From positions 1 through 64,000 of the forward strand of contig CAZTOW010000012.1 in assembly GCA_964615375.1 (NCBI GenBank): DNA of 64,000 nucleotides. Reading direction: 5' to 3'. The position numbers and the translations under genes are program-made. The notes below the pieces were generated by a model. That model made no database searches and was not told the DNA's origin. It was given only the letters and a program-made list of their open reading frames with translations. Each line of letters begins with the position of its first letter. Within the stretch, counting starts at the first letter, position 1. This DNA is from an uncultured Enterobacterales bacterium. Lineage in GTDB: Bacteria > Myxococcota_A > UBA796 > CAZKWG01. Shown here in pieces: positions 9,469 to 19,872 of the stretch.

Positions 9469-11109
9469 ATGCCCGATCTCGACACGATCGTCATCGGCTC
9501 GGGGGCGGGCGGGCTCACGGCCGCGCTGGCGCTGGCGCAGGCGGGGCAGCGCGTGCTCGTGCTGGAGCAGCACTACCTCCCCGGCGGCTGGACCCACAGC
9601 TTCCCCCTGCACGGCCACCTCTTCAGCCCGGGCGTCCACTACATCGGCGGGCTGGGGCCGGACGGGGACTCGCGGCGCATCTACGAGGGCCTGGGCGTCT
9701 CGGGCGATCTGGTCTTCTGCGAGCTGAACCCGGACGGCTACGACCACATCCGCGTGGGCGAGCGGCGCGTCGATCTGGTCAAGGGCCGGGACCGCATGGC
9801 CGCGGTCCTGGGCGAGCAGTTCCCCGAGGATCGCGAGGGAATCGCCGGCTACCTGCGCGCGCACACCGAGATCGACCAGGGCGTGCGCGCGCTGAACGCC
9901 GCCCGCGGCCCCTGGGAGAAGGTCGGCGCCGTCGCCCGCCACCCGGCCCTGCCGCTGTGGGGGCTGGGCAGCCTGGACCGCATGCTCCGCCACTACGTGC
10001 GGGATCCGGTGGCGCGCATGGCGCTCTCCGCCCAGTGCGGGGATCACGGGCTCCCCCCGTCGCGGGCCCCGGCGGCGCTGCAGGCCGGGCTGTCCGCGCA
10101 CTACTTCGACGGGGCCTGGTACCCCATGGGCGGGGCGCGCTCCCTCCCGCGGGCCTTCATCCACGCCCTGCACCGGGCGGGCGGCGAGATCCGGGTAAAA
10201 GCCAGGGTGGAGAAGATCCTGGTCGAGCGGGCCGGCGGCGGCTGGAAGGCCAGCGGGGTCCAGCTGGCCGGGGGCGAGCGCATCACGGCCGCGCGGGTCA
10301 TCTCCAACGCCGACCCCGGCGTCACCTACGGGCGGCTGGTGGACCCCGAGGCCCAGGGCCCGGCGATCCGAAAGAAGCTCGGCGGCGCGCGCTGGTCGGT
10401 CTCCTGCCTCAGCCTGTTCATGGCGGCGGAGATCGACCCCGTCCAGCTCGGCCTGGACTCAGGGAACTACTGGCTCTTCGACGACGCTGACCCGGAGTCG
10501 GCCTTCCGCTTCGACGGGGGCCTGGACGGGCTGCTGCGCATGCCCGCCCTCTTCCTCACGGTCACCACGCTCAAGGACCCCACCAAGCTCAAGGGCGGGG
10601 TCCACACGATGGAGGCCTTCGCGCTGGTGCCTTACGCGCCGTTCGCCGCCTGGGCCTCGGGCGAGCCCGGGGAGCGGGGAGCCGATTACGAGGCCCTCAA
10701 GCAGCGCTTGAAGGACCGGATGATCGAGCGGCTCTCGCGCGTGCTGCCGGACCTGCGGGAGCGGCTCCACTTCGCCGAGCTCGGCACGCCGGTCACCAAC
10801 CACTACTACTGTGAGGCGACCGCGGGCTCCATGTACGGCACGGAGAAGACCATGAGCCAGCTGGGGCCCTGGTCCTTCCCCATCGAGAGCGAGATCGCCG
10901 GCCTCTACCTCTGCGGAGCCAGCACGCTCTCCCACGGCGTCATGGGGGCCACGATGTCCGGGCTGGTGGCGGCGGGGCGGGTGCTGGGCCTGCGCCGGCA
11001 GGAGCTGCTGCGCCAGCAGGGGCCCGCGCTGCGCACGGTGCCGGCCGACCACCCCGAGCGCTGGCCCGAGGACCTCCAGGCCCGGCTCAGGCGACCCGAC
11101 GAGGCCTGA
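9469..11109 (+). CDS. NAD(P)/FAD-dependent oxidoreductase, phytoene-desaturase (CrtI) family
   Basis: DTIVIGSGAGGLTAALALAQAGQRVLVLEQ FAD-binding motif. ATG lies 2 nt after the upstream stop. The long N-terminal extension in the ORF track (from 8503) is antisense to the epimerase and rejected. Confidence 0.8.
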   Translation: MPDLDTIVIGSGAGGLTAALALAQAGQRVLVLEQHYLPGGWTHSFPLHGHLFSPGVHYIGGLGPDGDSRRIYEGLGVSGDLVFCELNPDGYDHIRVGERRVDLVKGRDRMAAVLGEQFPEDREGIAGYLRAHTEIDQGVRALNAARGPWEKVGAVARHPALPLWGLGSLDRMLRHYVRDPVARMALSAQCGDHGLPPSRAPAALQAGLSAHYFDGAWYPMGGARSLPRAFIHALHRAGGEIRVKARVEKILVERAGGGWKASGVQLAGGERITAARVISNADPGVTYGRLVDPEAQGPAIRKKLGGARWSVSCLSLFMAAEIDPVQLGLDSGNYWLFDDADPESAFRFDGGLDGLLRMPALFLTVTTLKDPTKLKGGVHTMEAFALVPYAPFAAWASGEPGERGADYEALKQRLKDRMIERLSRVLPDLRERLHFAELGTPVTNHYYCEATAGSMYGTEKTMSQLGPWSFPIESEIAGLYLCGASTLSHGVMGATMSGLVAAGRVLGLRRQELLRQQGPALRTVPADHPERWPEDLQARLRRPDEA

Positions 11110-11347
11110 GAGCGAGGCCGGAGACCAGCTCCTCCATCACCAGCTGCACGTGCAGGTCCTCGCGGGCCACGGCGCGGCCGGGGTTCAGGTCGCGGATGCG
11201 GCTGGTGGCGTGCGTGACGTTCTCCTCGTCGTCCGGCCGCCCGGCCCAGCGCAGGTAGTCGCGGGCGGCGCGCTCCAGGGCCTGGGGGGCCGAGAGATCG
11301 AGCCGGTCCTGAGCGCTGAAGGGGAGGACGCCGTTTCCGCTGCGCAT
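11087..11347 (-). CDS. small hypothetical protein (86 aa)
   Basis: ATG preceded by AGGAGA RBS at correct spacing. Protein-like composition. Sits in a 320-bp gap downstream of the kinase-like gene. Confidence 0.4.
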   Translation of the reverse strand: MRSGNGVLPFSAQDRLDLSAPQALERAARDYLRWAGRPDDEENVTHATSRIRDLNPGRAVAREDLHVQLVMEELVSGLALRPRRVA

Positions 11348-11431
11348 GAGAACGTCTCCTGCGATCATCATGCGTCGCGCCCTGTCGGGTCGCAATGGCG
11401 GCGCGCGGGCCTTGCGCCTTCTTGACGACGC

Positions 11432-12610
11432 TCAGAGCCAGCTCGCGCCCTGCAGGCGGACCAGGGCGCGGAGGCGGGACATGGCGCTGAGCCAGCGGGC
11501 CATGGCGGCGGCGCCGCGGTCGTCGGTGCCCAGCAGGGCGCCCACCTCGGCGCGGTGCTCGCGGTCTCCGGCGTCGCGCTGGCTCCAGGCGCGGAGCACG
11601 GCGCGGGTGGCCTGGGCGTCCAGGCGGCCGGGCTCGTAGATGACGGGCAGGAAGCGGGCGTCGGGCTCCAGCGCCGCGCCGCCGCGCACCTGGCCGCCGT
11701 CGCTCTCCACCAGCACCAGGATGCCGTGGGGGTCGGCGCGCATGCAGAAGCGCCCGCGGGGCGGGGGGAGGGCGGTCGCCAGGGCGCGGGCCAGCTCGCC
11801 CAGGCGCTCCACGTCGGTCTGGCGGCGGGCGCGGCGGGCGCTGAGCTCGTGGCGGTGCCGCGCGTCCAGGAGCGTGGTGGCCAGCAGGCGGGACAGCAGC
11901 CTGGCCCCGTCCTCGGCGCTGGGGGGCGGTGCCGCGATCCAGTCCTGGGCCAGCAGGGCGACCGGATCCTCCTGGAGTGGATCCAGCGCGGCCACGGCGC
12001 GGCCCAGGTCGGAGAGGTCGCGCTCCGGTCCGCCCGCCGCCCCGAAGCGGTCCAGCCAGACCAGCCGGGGGCCGGCGCGCTCCTCGACGAGGTGGGCCAG
12101 GATGGGGCCTCCGTGGACCAGCCCGGCGGCGTGCAGGCGGGTCAGCGCGCGCAGCCCGGCCCCCAGCACCCGCGCCATGAAGACGGTGTCCGGCGGATCG
12201 TCGATGGGGAAGCGGTCCAGCAGCAGGGCGCCGGGGGCGTCGGCCCGCAGGTGGGGCCAGGCGCCGTCGGGGGCCCAGCGCGGCGGGTCGGGGCTCTGCT
12301 GGGCGCGGGCGAGGCGGCGCAACATCACGGCGTCCCGGCGCCACTCCGGGCGGATGCAGCGGATCAGCGCGCGCTCCCCGGTCTTCGCGTCCCAGGCGTC
12401 CCAGGTGGTGGCCAGCGCGTCGGCGGTCAGCAGGCGCCCGCGGCGGAGCCCGTCGATGACCGGCGGGAGCTGCTCGCCCGCCACCTCCAGCCCGCGCAGG
12501 CGCAGGAGGGCCTCGTCGTCGCGCGCGCGCTCGGCGGCCTCGCGCGAGGCCGTCCAGTCCGCGGGTTCCGTCGCGTAGAGATCAGCGTTCAAGGCAGGCT
12601 CGTGCGCCAC
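11432..12610 (-). CDS. hypothetical protein (possible kinase-like fold)
   Basis: Diverse composition, unlike the Arg/Pro-rich overlapping frames. In an operon with dNK and UGDH. No confident domain assignment. Confidence 0.55.
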   Translation of the reverse strand: MAHEPALNADLYATEPADWTASREAAERARDDEALLRLRGLEVAGEQLPPVIDGLRRGRLLTADALATTWDAWDAKTGERALIRCIRPEWRRDAVMLRRLARAQQSPDPPRWAPDGAWPHLRADAPGALLLDRFPIDDPPDTVFMARVLGAGLRALTRLHAAGLVHGGPILAHLVEERAGPRLVWLDRFGAAGGPERDLSDLGRAVAALDPLQEDPVALLAQDWIAAPPPSAEDGARLLSRLLATTLLDARHRHELSARRARRQTDVERLGELARALATALPPPRGRFCMRADPHGILVLVESDGGQVRGGAALEPDARFLPVIYEPGRLDAQATRAVLRAWSQRDAGDREHRAEVGALLGTDDRGAAAMARWLSAMSRLRALVRLQGASWL

Positions 12611-13239
12611 TGAGCCTCGCGGAGGAAGGAGCCCTGCAGGTACTCGCGCTCGATGACCTCGGCCATCTCGTTGACGTCCCGGAAGCGGTCCCAGTCCACC
12701 TTGATCACCGGCACCGCGCGCGAGATATCCTGGATGAAGCGCTCATACTCGTTGTAGAGCGCCGTCAGGTACTCCAGCGAGACCCCGCTCTCCACGTCGC
12801 GCGAGCGCTGCCGCACGCGCTCCATCGAGCGCTCGGGCTTGACGTCCAGGTAGACGATCACGCTGGGGCGGCACATGAAGTTGCTCATGTGCCGGAAGAG
12901 GTGCAGGTAGGTGCGGTAGTCGCGCTCCTGCATCAGCCCGAGGTCCACCAGCGTCTTGGCGAAGACGGCGTCCTCGTAGATGGTGCGGTCCTGCACGCCG
13001 CCGCCGCCGCGCCAGATGATCTCCTGGTGCTGCTGGAATCGGCGGTTCAGCAGGTAGATCTGCGTGGCGAAGGAGTAGCGGGCCGTGTCCCGGTAGAAGT
13101 CCTCCAGGTACTCGTTGTCCGCGACCGGCTCGTAGTAGACGGGCAGGGAGAGGTGCTCCCCCAGCGCCCGGGCGAGCGTGGACTTGCCCGCGCCGATGAT
13201 GCCCGCGATCCCGATGAAGAGTTCCTGAAGGTTCGCCAT
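12589..13239 (-). CDS. deoxynucleoside kinase
   Basis: P-loop IGIAGIIGAGKSTLARAL plus dNK family motifs (YLLNRRFQQ, ERS..R). Confidence 0.9.
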   Translation of the reverse strand: MANLQELFIGIAGIIGAGKSTLARALGEHLSLPVYYEPVADNEYLEDFYRDTARYSFATQIYLLNRRFQQHQEIIWRGGGGVQDRTIYEDAVFAKTLVDLGLMQERDYRTYLHLFRHMSNFMCRPSVIVYLDVKPERSMERVRQRSRDVESGVSLEYLTALYNEYERFIQDISRAVPVIKVDWDRFRDVNEMAEVIEREYLQGSFLREAQWRTSLP

Positions 13240-13261
13240 GCGGTGGAGTCTAACAGGCTCC

Positions 13262-14575
13262 TTACCAGGACGCCCCGCGCACGCCCGGCTGACCCAGCAG
13301 ACCCGGCACCCGCGCGAGATCCAGCACGGGCACCCGGGGCTCTCGCGTGGCGGCCCAGCGCTCGGAGGCCGGGGTGCGGTGCCCCACCACGATGTAGTCG
13401 GCCCAGCTCTCCAGCGCGTCGAAGCCCTGGACCAGCAGGCCCATGAAGTGCGGGATCAACGCCTCGATGTACTGACGGTTGGCCCCGGTCAGCCTCTCGG
13501 GCTGGATGTACTCGTCGTAGATGCGCAGCTGCACGCCCTTGCCGATGAGGCGCTCGGCCAGGGCGACGAAGGGGCTCTCGCGGAGGTCGTCCGTGTTCGG
13601 CTTGAAGGCGAGCCCGTAGAGGCCCACCTTGCGCGCCCCGCTGTCCAGCACGCGGCGGGTGACGCTCTCGATCTGCCGCTCGTTGCTCTGGAGCACGCCG
13701 GAGAGCAGGGGCAGGTCCAGGTCCTGGTGGCGGGCGTGGTAGGTGAGCGCGCGCAGGTCCTTGGGCAGGCAGGAGCCGCCGAACGCGAAGCCCGGCCGCA
13801 GGTAGTAGGGCGAGATGTTCAGGTGGCGGTCGGAGAGGAAGATCTCCATGACCTGGTGGCTGTCCACGCCCGCCGAGCGGCAGACCTCGCCGATCTCGTT
13901 GCCAAACGCGACCTTGGTGGCGTGCCAGGTGTTGTCCGCGTACTTGACCATCTCCGCCACCTCGGGCGGGACGACGAAGACCTGGGCCTTCAAGCGGGAG
14001 TAGATGTCGCGCAGCACGGCCTCGGCGGCGGGCGCCCGCGTGCCCAGCACGATCTTCGGTGGATCGTCGTAGTCGCGGATGGCGGTGCCCTCGCGCAGGA
14101 ACTCGGGGTTCATGGCGATGTGGAAGTGCTCGCCCTCGCGCAGGCCGCTGGCCCGCTCCAGCGCGGGCTTGACGACGGTGGCCAGAGAGCCGGGCAGCAT
14201 GGTGCTGCGCACGCAGACCACGAAGCCGGGGGCGCGGTCGCGCAGGGCGGCGCCGATCTGCTCGCAGACGCGCACCACGTAGCTGAGGTCGAGGCCGCCC
14301 AGCCGGTTGGAGGGCGTGCCCACGCAGATCAGGGCGAGGTCCGTGCTGTTCACGGCCTCGGAGATGTCCTCGGTGACCTTCAGCAGGCCGGCGTCCACGG
14401 CCCCGCGGATGAGCGCGTCCAGGCCGGGCTCGCCGATGGGGGACTCGCCGCGGCGCAGGGCGTCCAGCTTGACCGCGGACACGTCCACGCCCGTGACCGG
14501 GTGCCCGTCGCGCGCGAGGCAGGCCGCGGAGACGCAGCCGACATAGCCCATTCCGAAGACGCTGACCCGAACCAT
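13262..14575 (-). CDS. nucleotide-sugar 6-dehydrogenase (UDP-glucose/GDP-mannose dehydrogenase family)
   Basis: N-terminal VSVFGMGYVGCVSAACLA Rossmann motif; catalytic GFAFGGSCLPKD; LAFKPNTDDLRESP C-terminal domain. Confidence 0.9.
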   Translation of the reverse strand: MVRVSVFGMGYVGCVSAACLARDGHPVTGVDVSAVKLDALRRGESPIGEPGLDALIRGAVDAGLLKVTEDISEAVNSTDLALICVGTPSNRLGGLDLSYVVRVCEQIGAALRDRAPGFVVCVRSTMLPGSLATVVKPALERASGLREGEHFHIAMNPEFLREGTAIRDYDDPPKIVLGTRAPAAEAVLRDIYSRLKAQVFVVPPEVAEMVKYADNTWHATKVAFGNEIGEVCRSAGVDSHQVMEIFLSDRHLNISPYYLRPGFAFGGSCLPKDLRALTYHARHQDLDLPLLSGVLQSNERQIESVTRRVLDSGARKVGLYGLAFKPNTDDLRESPFVALAERLIGKGVQLRIYDEYIQPERLTGANRQYIEALIPHFMGLLVQGFDALESWADYIVVGHRTPASERWAATREPRVPVLDLARVPGLLGQPGVRGASW

Positions 14576-14645
14576 GCGTCGCTCCCGTCGATCGAGACCA
14601 GGTCCAGCCTAACCGCTCGGCGCGGGAGACCGTGTCAGGGCCTCG

Positions 14646-16016
14646 TCAGGGCAGCGGCGGGGGAGGGGGCGCGGGGGGAGGGGGCGGGCCGCCGGCGTTG
14701 AGCGCGCTGGCGATCTCGGCGACCTCGGTGGCGTTCTTCCAGCCGTCGAAGCCGGCGCGCCAGACGAGGTGGCGGCCCTGGGGCGCGCCCTGGATGTTGC
14801 GCACGATGTCGGCCACCGAGAGCTCACCCTGGCCCGCCGGGCCGTTGTAGTGGAACGTCAGGTTGGCGGACGGGGGCGGCGGCATCTCCGGGGGCACGAG
14901 GCTGGCGATCTCGGGCACCTGGCCCCAGGGCTTCCAGCCGGCCCAGCCAGCTGCCCAGACGTTGTGGGCGCCCTTGCGGTCCTTGGCGATGAGGGCCGCG
15001 ATCTCGGCCGCGCCGTACTCGCCCTGGCCGGAGGGGCCGTGGTAGTGGAAGCGCGCGGCGGCCGGAGGCGGCGGGGGCGCAGGAGGAGCGGGCGGGGCGG
15101 CGCCCGCGCCGGGCATGCCGGTCTGCGGGTCGAAGACGGCGCCGGGGCCGCGGGCCAGCTGGGCGCCCATCGCGCCGCCCATGGCCATGCCCATGCCCGC
15201 CTCCATCATCGGGTTGCCCGCGCCGGGGCGGTTGGCCATCGCCTCGATCGCGTTGGCGGACTGGAACTGGGTAAACGCGCCCATGTCGCCGATGATCCCC
15301 ATGCTCGTCCGCTTGTCGAGCATCTTCTCCACCTCAGGCGGGAGAGAGACGTTCTCGACCACGAAGTCGGTCAGGGCGATGCCGAAATTCTGCTCGAACC
15401 AGCCCGTCATGCGCTGGCGGAGCGCGTCGCCCACGTCCATGTAGTGGGCCGCGAGGTCCAGGACGGGGATCTTCGTCTCGCCCAGCGTGTCGGCGAAGGC
15501 GCTCACCAGCTTGCGCTTGACGTGGCCGTTGACCTCCTCGGTCGTGAACAGGCCGTTGGTCCCCACGATCTCGCGCAGGAACACCGCCGGGTCGCTGACA
15601 CGGAAGGCGTAGGAGCCAAAGGCCCGCACGCGCACCGGCCCCAGGTGGGCGTCGCGCATCATGATGGGGTTCGGCGTGCCCCACTTCTGGTTGGTGAACT
15701 GCCGCGTGCTGACGAAGTAGATGTCGCCCTTGTACGGGTAGTTCAACTGGTACTTGATGCTCTCGAAGAAGCTCCAGACCGCCTTGGTCCGGGTGGAGAG
15801 CTCATACGTGCCGGGCGTGAACACGCCGGACAGCTGGCCCTCGCTCACGAAGACCGCGGCCTGCCCCTCACGCACCACCAGCTTCCCGCCGTCCTGGATG
15901 GCCTGGTTGAAGATCGGGAAGCGGTAGACGATGGTGTCCTGCGTGTCGTCCAGCCACTGGATCACGTCCAGGAATTGCGCCTTCGCGTGCGTCTTGAGCG
16001 TGTCCCAGATGCCCAT
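14646..16016 (-). CDS. SPFH/band-7 domain protein with two C-terminal DUF4339 (GYF-like) modules
   Basis: SPFH core followed by Pro-rich linkers and two FHY(H/N)GP.GQGE...W..GW modules. Start placed at MGIWDTL. Confidence 0.75.
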   Translation of the reverse strand: MGIWDTLKTHAKAQFLDVIQWLDDTQDTIVYRFPIFNQAIQDGGKLVVREGQAAVFVSEGQLSGVFTPGTYELSTRTKAVWSFFESIKYQLNYPYKGDIYFVSTRQFTNQKWGTPNPIMMRDAHLGPVRVRAFGSYAFRVSDPAVFLREIVGTNGLFTTEEVNGHVKRKLVSAFADTLGETKIPVLDLAAHYMDVGDALRQRMTGWFEQNFGIALTDFVVENVSLPPEVEKMLDKRTSMGIIGDMGAFTQFQSANAIEAMANRPGAGNPMMEAGMGMAMGGAMGAQLARGPGAVFDPQTGMPGAGAAPPAPPAPPPPPAAARFHYHGPSGQGEYGAAEIAALIAKDRKGAHNVWAAGWAGWKPWGQVPEIASLVPPEMPPPPSANLTFHYNGPAGQGELSVADIVRNIQGAPQGRHLVWRAGFDGWKNATEVAEIASALNAGGPPPPPAPPPPPLP

Positions 16017-16169
16017 GGTGCTGTCTCCTGCAGGCTGCCCGCCGCCGAGCGGTCGGCCGGAGGGCGCCCCGTGGTCCACGAGGTCCAAGATCATTAACAC
16101 CGCTCCCGCGCTCGGCGAGACCCCACGGGGAGCGCGCGCGTCGTCGTCGCGCGGATCCTCGCCGCGGAG

Positions 16170-16976
16170 CTACTCGAAGCGCAGGCTGGAGCGGCTGGCG
16201 AACACGTAGACGTCCACCCCGCGGCTGGAGAGCTCGTCGGCCAGGGGCGTGAGCACGGTGGTGGGCATGCCCATCGAGCGCCGGACGTCGCTGACCAGAT
16301 CCGCGAGCAGCAGCCGCTTCGGGGCCAGCCGCTCGACGCGGTCCAGGAAGCCCCGCTCGTGCCCGTAGTCCACGCCGCACAGCAGCCAGTCGGCCCCGCC
16401 AAAGCGAGCCGCGGCCTCCTCCAGCCAGCCCTGGGGCGTGTCGTTGTGCAACGCCAGGTTCAGGTGGACGAAGCGCCGGCCGCTGGGGAGGGTGAGGGCG
16501 TAGGCCCGCGGCTTCGCTCGGGGGAGCCGCAGGCGGTTGTAGAGGCGCGCGGCCCCCCGGCGCGGATCGGAGAGGGCCGACCACAGCTTCCAGCCGATCT
16601 CGGTCCCCTCGGCGTAGGCGATGGGCTCGAAGGGGATGGCCTCCACGCTCACGCCGTCCAGGGTGGTGGGCGTCTCCGCCCCGCGCACCTCGCCGAACTG
16701 TTGGAGCCAGTCCAGCACCTCGGGCGGGGCGATGACCGTGGGCCTCCGCCCGTCGCGCAGGGCGTGGGCGGTGGCGACGAGGCGCTCGTGCTCGCAGAAG
16801 CTGAGCAGGACCACGTCCTCGTCGGTGATGGGCTGGGTCAGCGGCGTCTCGCCCAGGGTGGCCCAGGGCTCGTCTGGGATGGGATCGATCCGCAGGCGCC
16901 GGCCGCGCCGCTCCAGGCGCAGCGAGGCGAAGCCCTCGTGCTCGATCCGCAGCTCCCAGGGGAAGGAATCAGGCAT
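16170..16976 (-). CDS. hypothetical protein
   Basis: Protein-like composition; start overlaps rocD stop (operon). No recognised domain. Confidence 0.55.
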   Translation of the reverse strand: MPDSFPWELRIEHEGFASLRLERRGRRLRIDPIPDEPWATLGETPLTQPITDEDVVLLSFCEHERLVATAHALRDGRRPTVIAPPEVLDWLQQFGEVRGAETPTTLDGVSVEAIPFEPIAYAEGTEIGWKLWSALSDPRRGAARLYNRLRLPRAKPRAYALTLPSGRRFVHLNLALHNDTPQGWLEEAAARFGGADWLLCGVDYGHERGFLDRVERLAPKRLLLADLVSDVRRSMGMPTTVLTPLADELSSRGVDVYVFASRSSLRFE

Positions 16977-18219
16977 CAGGGCCCCGCAGCAGCACGTCCT
17001 CCACCTGGTCCAGGCCCCAGGACAGATCGTCCTCGGAGATGGTCAGGGGCGGCGCGAGCCGGATGACGCGGTCGTGGGTCTCCTTGCAGAGCACGCCGCG
17101 GCGCATCAGGGCCTCGCACCAGGGGCGGGCGCGCTGGTCGAGCTCGATGCCGATCAGCAGCCCGAGCCCGCGGATCTCCACGACGTGCTCGGCCCCCAGC
17201 GCGCGGAGCCGGCCCATCGCCATGTCGCCCAGGGCGCGGGCGCGCTCCGCCAGGTCCTCGTCCACCAGCACGTCCAGCGAGGCCAGACCCACCGCCGCCG
17301 CCAGCGGGTTCCCGCCGAAGGTGGAGCCGTGGTCGCCCGGGTGGAAGACGCCCATCAGCTCGTCGTCGGCCACGAACGCGCTGACCGGCAGCACGCCGCC
17401 GCCCAGGGCCTTGCCCAGCGACATGCAGTCCGGGCGGATGCCGTAGTGCTCAAACGCGAACATCTTGCCGGTGCGGGCGAGGCCGGTCTGGATCTCGTCC
17501 AGGAAGAGCATCACGCGGTGGCGGGTGCAGATCTCGCGAACGCGCTCCAGGTAGCCGGCCGGGGGCATGAGGATGCCGCCCTCGGCCTGGATGGGCTCCA
17601 CCAGGAAGGCCGCGGTGTTCGGGGTGATCGCCGCCTCGAGCGCGTCGGCGTCGCCGAAGGGCACCACCTTGAAGCCGGGGGTGAAGGGCCCGAAGCCCGC
17701 GCGGTACTGGGGCTCGGTGCTGAAGCTGACCACCGTGGTCGTGCGGCCGTGGAAGTTGTTCTCCGCCACGATGATCTCGGCCTGGCCGTCCGGCACGCCC
17801 TTGTGCGTATACGCCCACTTGCGGCAGGCCTTCACCCCGGTCTCCACCGCCTCGGCGCCCGTGTTCATCGGGAGCACGCGGGAGAAGCCGGAGATCTGCA
17901 CGAGGCGCTTGAGGAAGGGCCCCAGGCGGTCGTTGTGGAAGGCGCGGCTGGTCAGCGTGACGCGGTCGGCCTGGTCCTTGAGCGCCTGGATGATGCGCGG
18001 GTGGCGGTGGCCCTGGTTGATGGCCGAGTACGCCGAGAGCATGTCCAGGTAGCGCCGCCCCTCGGGATCGAAGACCCAGGACCCCTCGGCCTCGCTGACC
18101 ACGACGGGCAGCGGGTGGTAGTTGTGCGCGCCGTAGTCTTCGGCCATCTGGATGAAGGCGTCGGTGGCGAGGGTCTCGGCGGCGCGGGTCGGGGTGGGCG
18201 CCAGGGTCGCGGAGGACAT
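16969..18219 (-). CDS. rocD: ornithine aminotransferase
   Basis: Class-III PLP aminotransferase signature ([21 protein letters not shown]) with OAT-specific N-terminal region. Confidence 0.9.
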   Translation of the reverse strand: MSSATLAPTPTRAAETLATDAFIQMAEDYGAHNYHPLPVVVSEAEGSWVFDPEGRRYLDMLSAYSAINQGHRHPRIIQALKDQADRVTLTSRAFHNDRLGPFLKRLVQISGFSRVLPMNTGAEAVETGVKACRKWAYTHKGVPDGQAEIIVAENNFHGRTTTVVSFSTEPQYRAGFGPFTPGFKVVPFGDADALEAAITPNTAAFLVEPIQAEGGILMPPAGYLERVREICTRHRVMLFLDEIQTGLARTGKMFAFEHYGIRPDCMSLGKALGGGVLPVSAFVADDELMGVFHPGDHGSTFGGNPLAAAVGLASLDVLVDEDLAERARALGDMAMGRLRALGAEHVVEIRGLGLLIGIELDQRARPWCEALMRRGVLCKETHDRVIRLAPPLTISEDDLSWGLDQVEDVLLRGPDA

Positions 18220-18315
18220 GAGGGCTCCTTGGGGGCGAAAGGACAGTGTGCCCTAACCCTCGCCCGGCCGCTCGGGGAGGTGGGCTCGACGGCGCGCGCA
18301 CGATACGGACAGGAA

Positions 18316-19872
18316 GTGACCGGGGGTGCCTTGACGCTCTGCCTGCTCGCCGCGGTTGCCCTGGCCGGGTCCTCCACCTTGGAGCTCGAACCCGAGGATC
18401 TGGTGCGCGTGGACGTGCCGGACTACCCTGGCGCCCTGGCCACCAGCGCGCAGGGGAGCCTGCTCCTGGCCCCGCCCGAGGACGTCGCCTGGCGCCCAGA
18501 GCCCATCGGCGTGCCCGACACCTACGACGCCTGGGAGGCGAAGGAGGCCATGGACGTCGAGCCCTGGCACGAGGCCGGGGTGGACGGCAGCGGGGTCAAG
18601 GTGGCGGTCTTCGACTACCTGTGGTTCGGCAGCACGCTGGAGACCGAGGAGCTGGGCGCCTACGCCACCCACGACTGCCTGTCCCAGCGCTCCTGCGATC
18701 TGCCCTTCGACCCGGAGAGCCCGCAGTTCGGCTGGGAGGAGGGCAGCCACGGGCTCGCCTGCGCCGAGGTCATCCGCGACCTCGCCCCGGGGGTGGAGCT
18801 GCACCTGGTCCGCGTCAACGGGCTCACCAGCCTGGAGAACGGCGTGGACTGGGCGGCGCGCGAGGGCATCGACGTCATCAGCATGTCGCTCTCCTTCTTC
18901 GGGGAGAGCTTCTACGACGGGACCGGGGCGATCTCGGCGGCGGCGGAGCGCTTCTCCGCGTCGGGCGGGGTCTTCGTGACCAGCGCGGGGAACTACGCCG
19001 AGGAGCACCTGGCCGACAGCTTCCGCGACGGGGACGCGGACGGCTGGCACGAGTGGCCGAGCGGGCTCGAGACGCTGTCGGTGGAGCTCTCCGAGGGCAC
19101 GAGCTCGGTGCTGGTCCACTGGGACGAATTCGGCGACTGCGGGCAGACGGACCTGGACGTCTACGTCCTGGACAAGAACGGGGACGTGGTCGGGCGCAGC
19201 GAGAACCTGCAGGAGCCCATCGACGAGGACACGCAGGGCTGCTCGCCCACGGAGAAGGCCAGCGTCACGGCCTCCTACGACGGCTGGTACTGGATCATGG
19301 TGCGTCGGGCGGCGGGCGAGGAGGCGCCGCGCATGGCCCTCTTCGCGCGCGGGGGCGAGCTCTACAGCCCCACGCCCGAGGGCTCCATCGTGGACCCCGG
19401 CTCCAGCGCCGCGACGTTCACGGTGGGGGCGGTGCGGGCCACCGCCAGCTACCTCTCCAACGGGCCGGAGAGCTTCTCGTCCTGGGGGCCCACGCGCGGG
19501 GGGCTCAGCAAACCGGACGTCTCGGGCCCGGACGGGCTCAGCACCTCGGTCTACGGGCCCTCGGGCTTCTACGGGACCTCGGCCGCCACCCCGGCGGTGG
19601 CGGCGGCGGTGGCCCTGGTGCTGAGCGGCGATCCCTCGCTCACGCCGCAGCAGGCGGCCGAGCGCGTGCGCGCGACGGCGTGGAGCTCGGACGCGCTCTG
19701 GGCGGAGCCCGATCCGGGGCTGGGGGCCGGGCGTGCGCGCCTTCCTCCTCCCGAAACGTCTGTCGATGAGGGCGTCGGCTGCGGCGGGCGCGGCGCCCTG
19801 CTCCCGGGGCTGCTATGGTTCATGGTCGTGCGCAAGAGGCGCCTGGAGGCCCGGTGCGAGCTCCGTCCCTGA
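18316..19872 (+). CDS. S8 family (subtilisin-like) serine peptidase with MYXO-CTERM sorting domain
   Basis: Asp/His/Ser triad contexts (AVFDY, SHGLACAEV, GTSAATPAVAAAVAL). C-terminal GCGGRGALLPGLLWFMVVRKRR. GTG start after AGGAAG. The upstream part of the 1083-aa ORF is antisense to rocD and rejected. Confidence 0.8.
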   Translation: MTGGALTLCLLAAVALAGSSTLELEPEDLVRVDVPDYPGALATSAQGSLLLAPPEDVAWRPEPIGVPDTYDAWEAKEAMDVEPWHEAGVDGSGVKVAVFDYLWFGSTLETEELGAYATHDCLSQRSCDLPFDPESPQFGWEEGSHGLACAEVIRDLAPGVELHLVRVNGLTSLENGVDWAAREGIDVISMSLSFFGESFYDGTGAISAAAERFSASGGVFVTSAGNYAEEHLADSFRDGDADGWHEWPSGLETLSVELSEGTSSVLVHWDEFGDCGQTDLDVYVLDKNGDVVGRSENLQEPIDEDTQGCSPTEKASVTASYDGWYWIMVRRAAGEEAPRMALFARGGELYSPTPEGSIVDPGSSAATFTVGAVRATASYLSNGPESFSSWGPTRGGLSKPDVSGPDGLSTSVYGPSGFYGTSAATPAVAAAVALVLSGDPSLTPQQAAERVRATAWSSDALWAEPDPGLGAGRARLPPPETSVDEGVGCGGRGALLPGLLWFMVVRKRRLEARCELRP

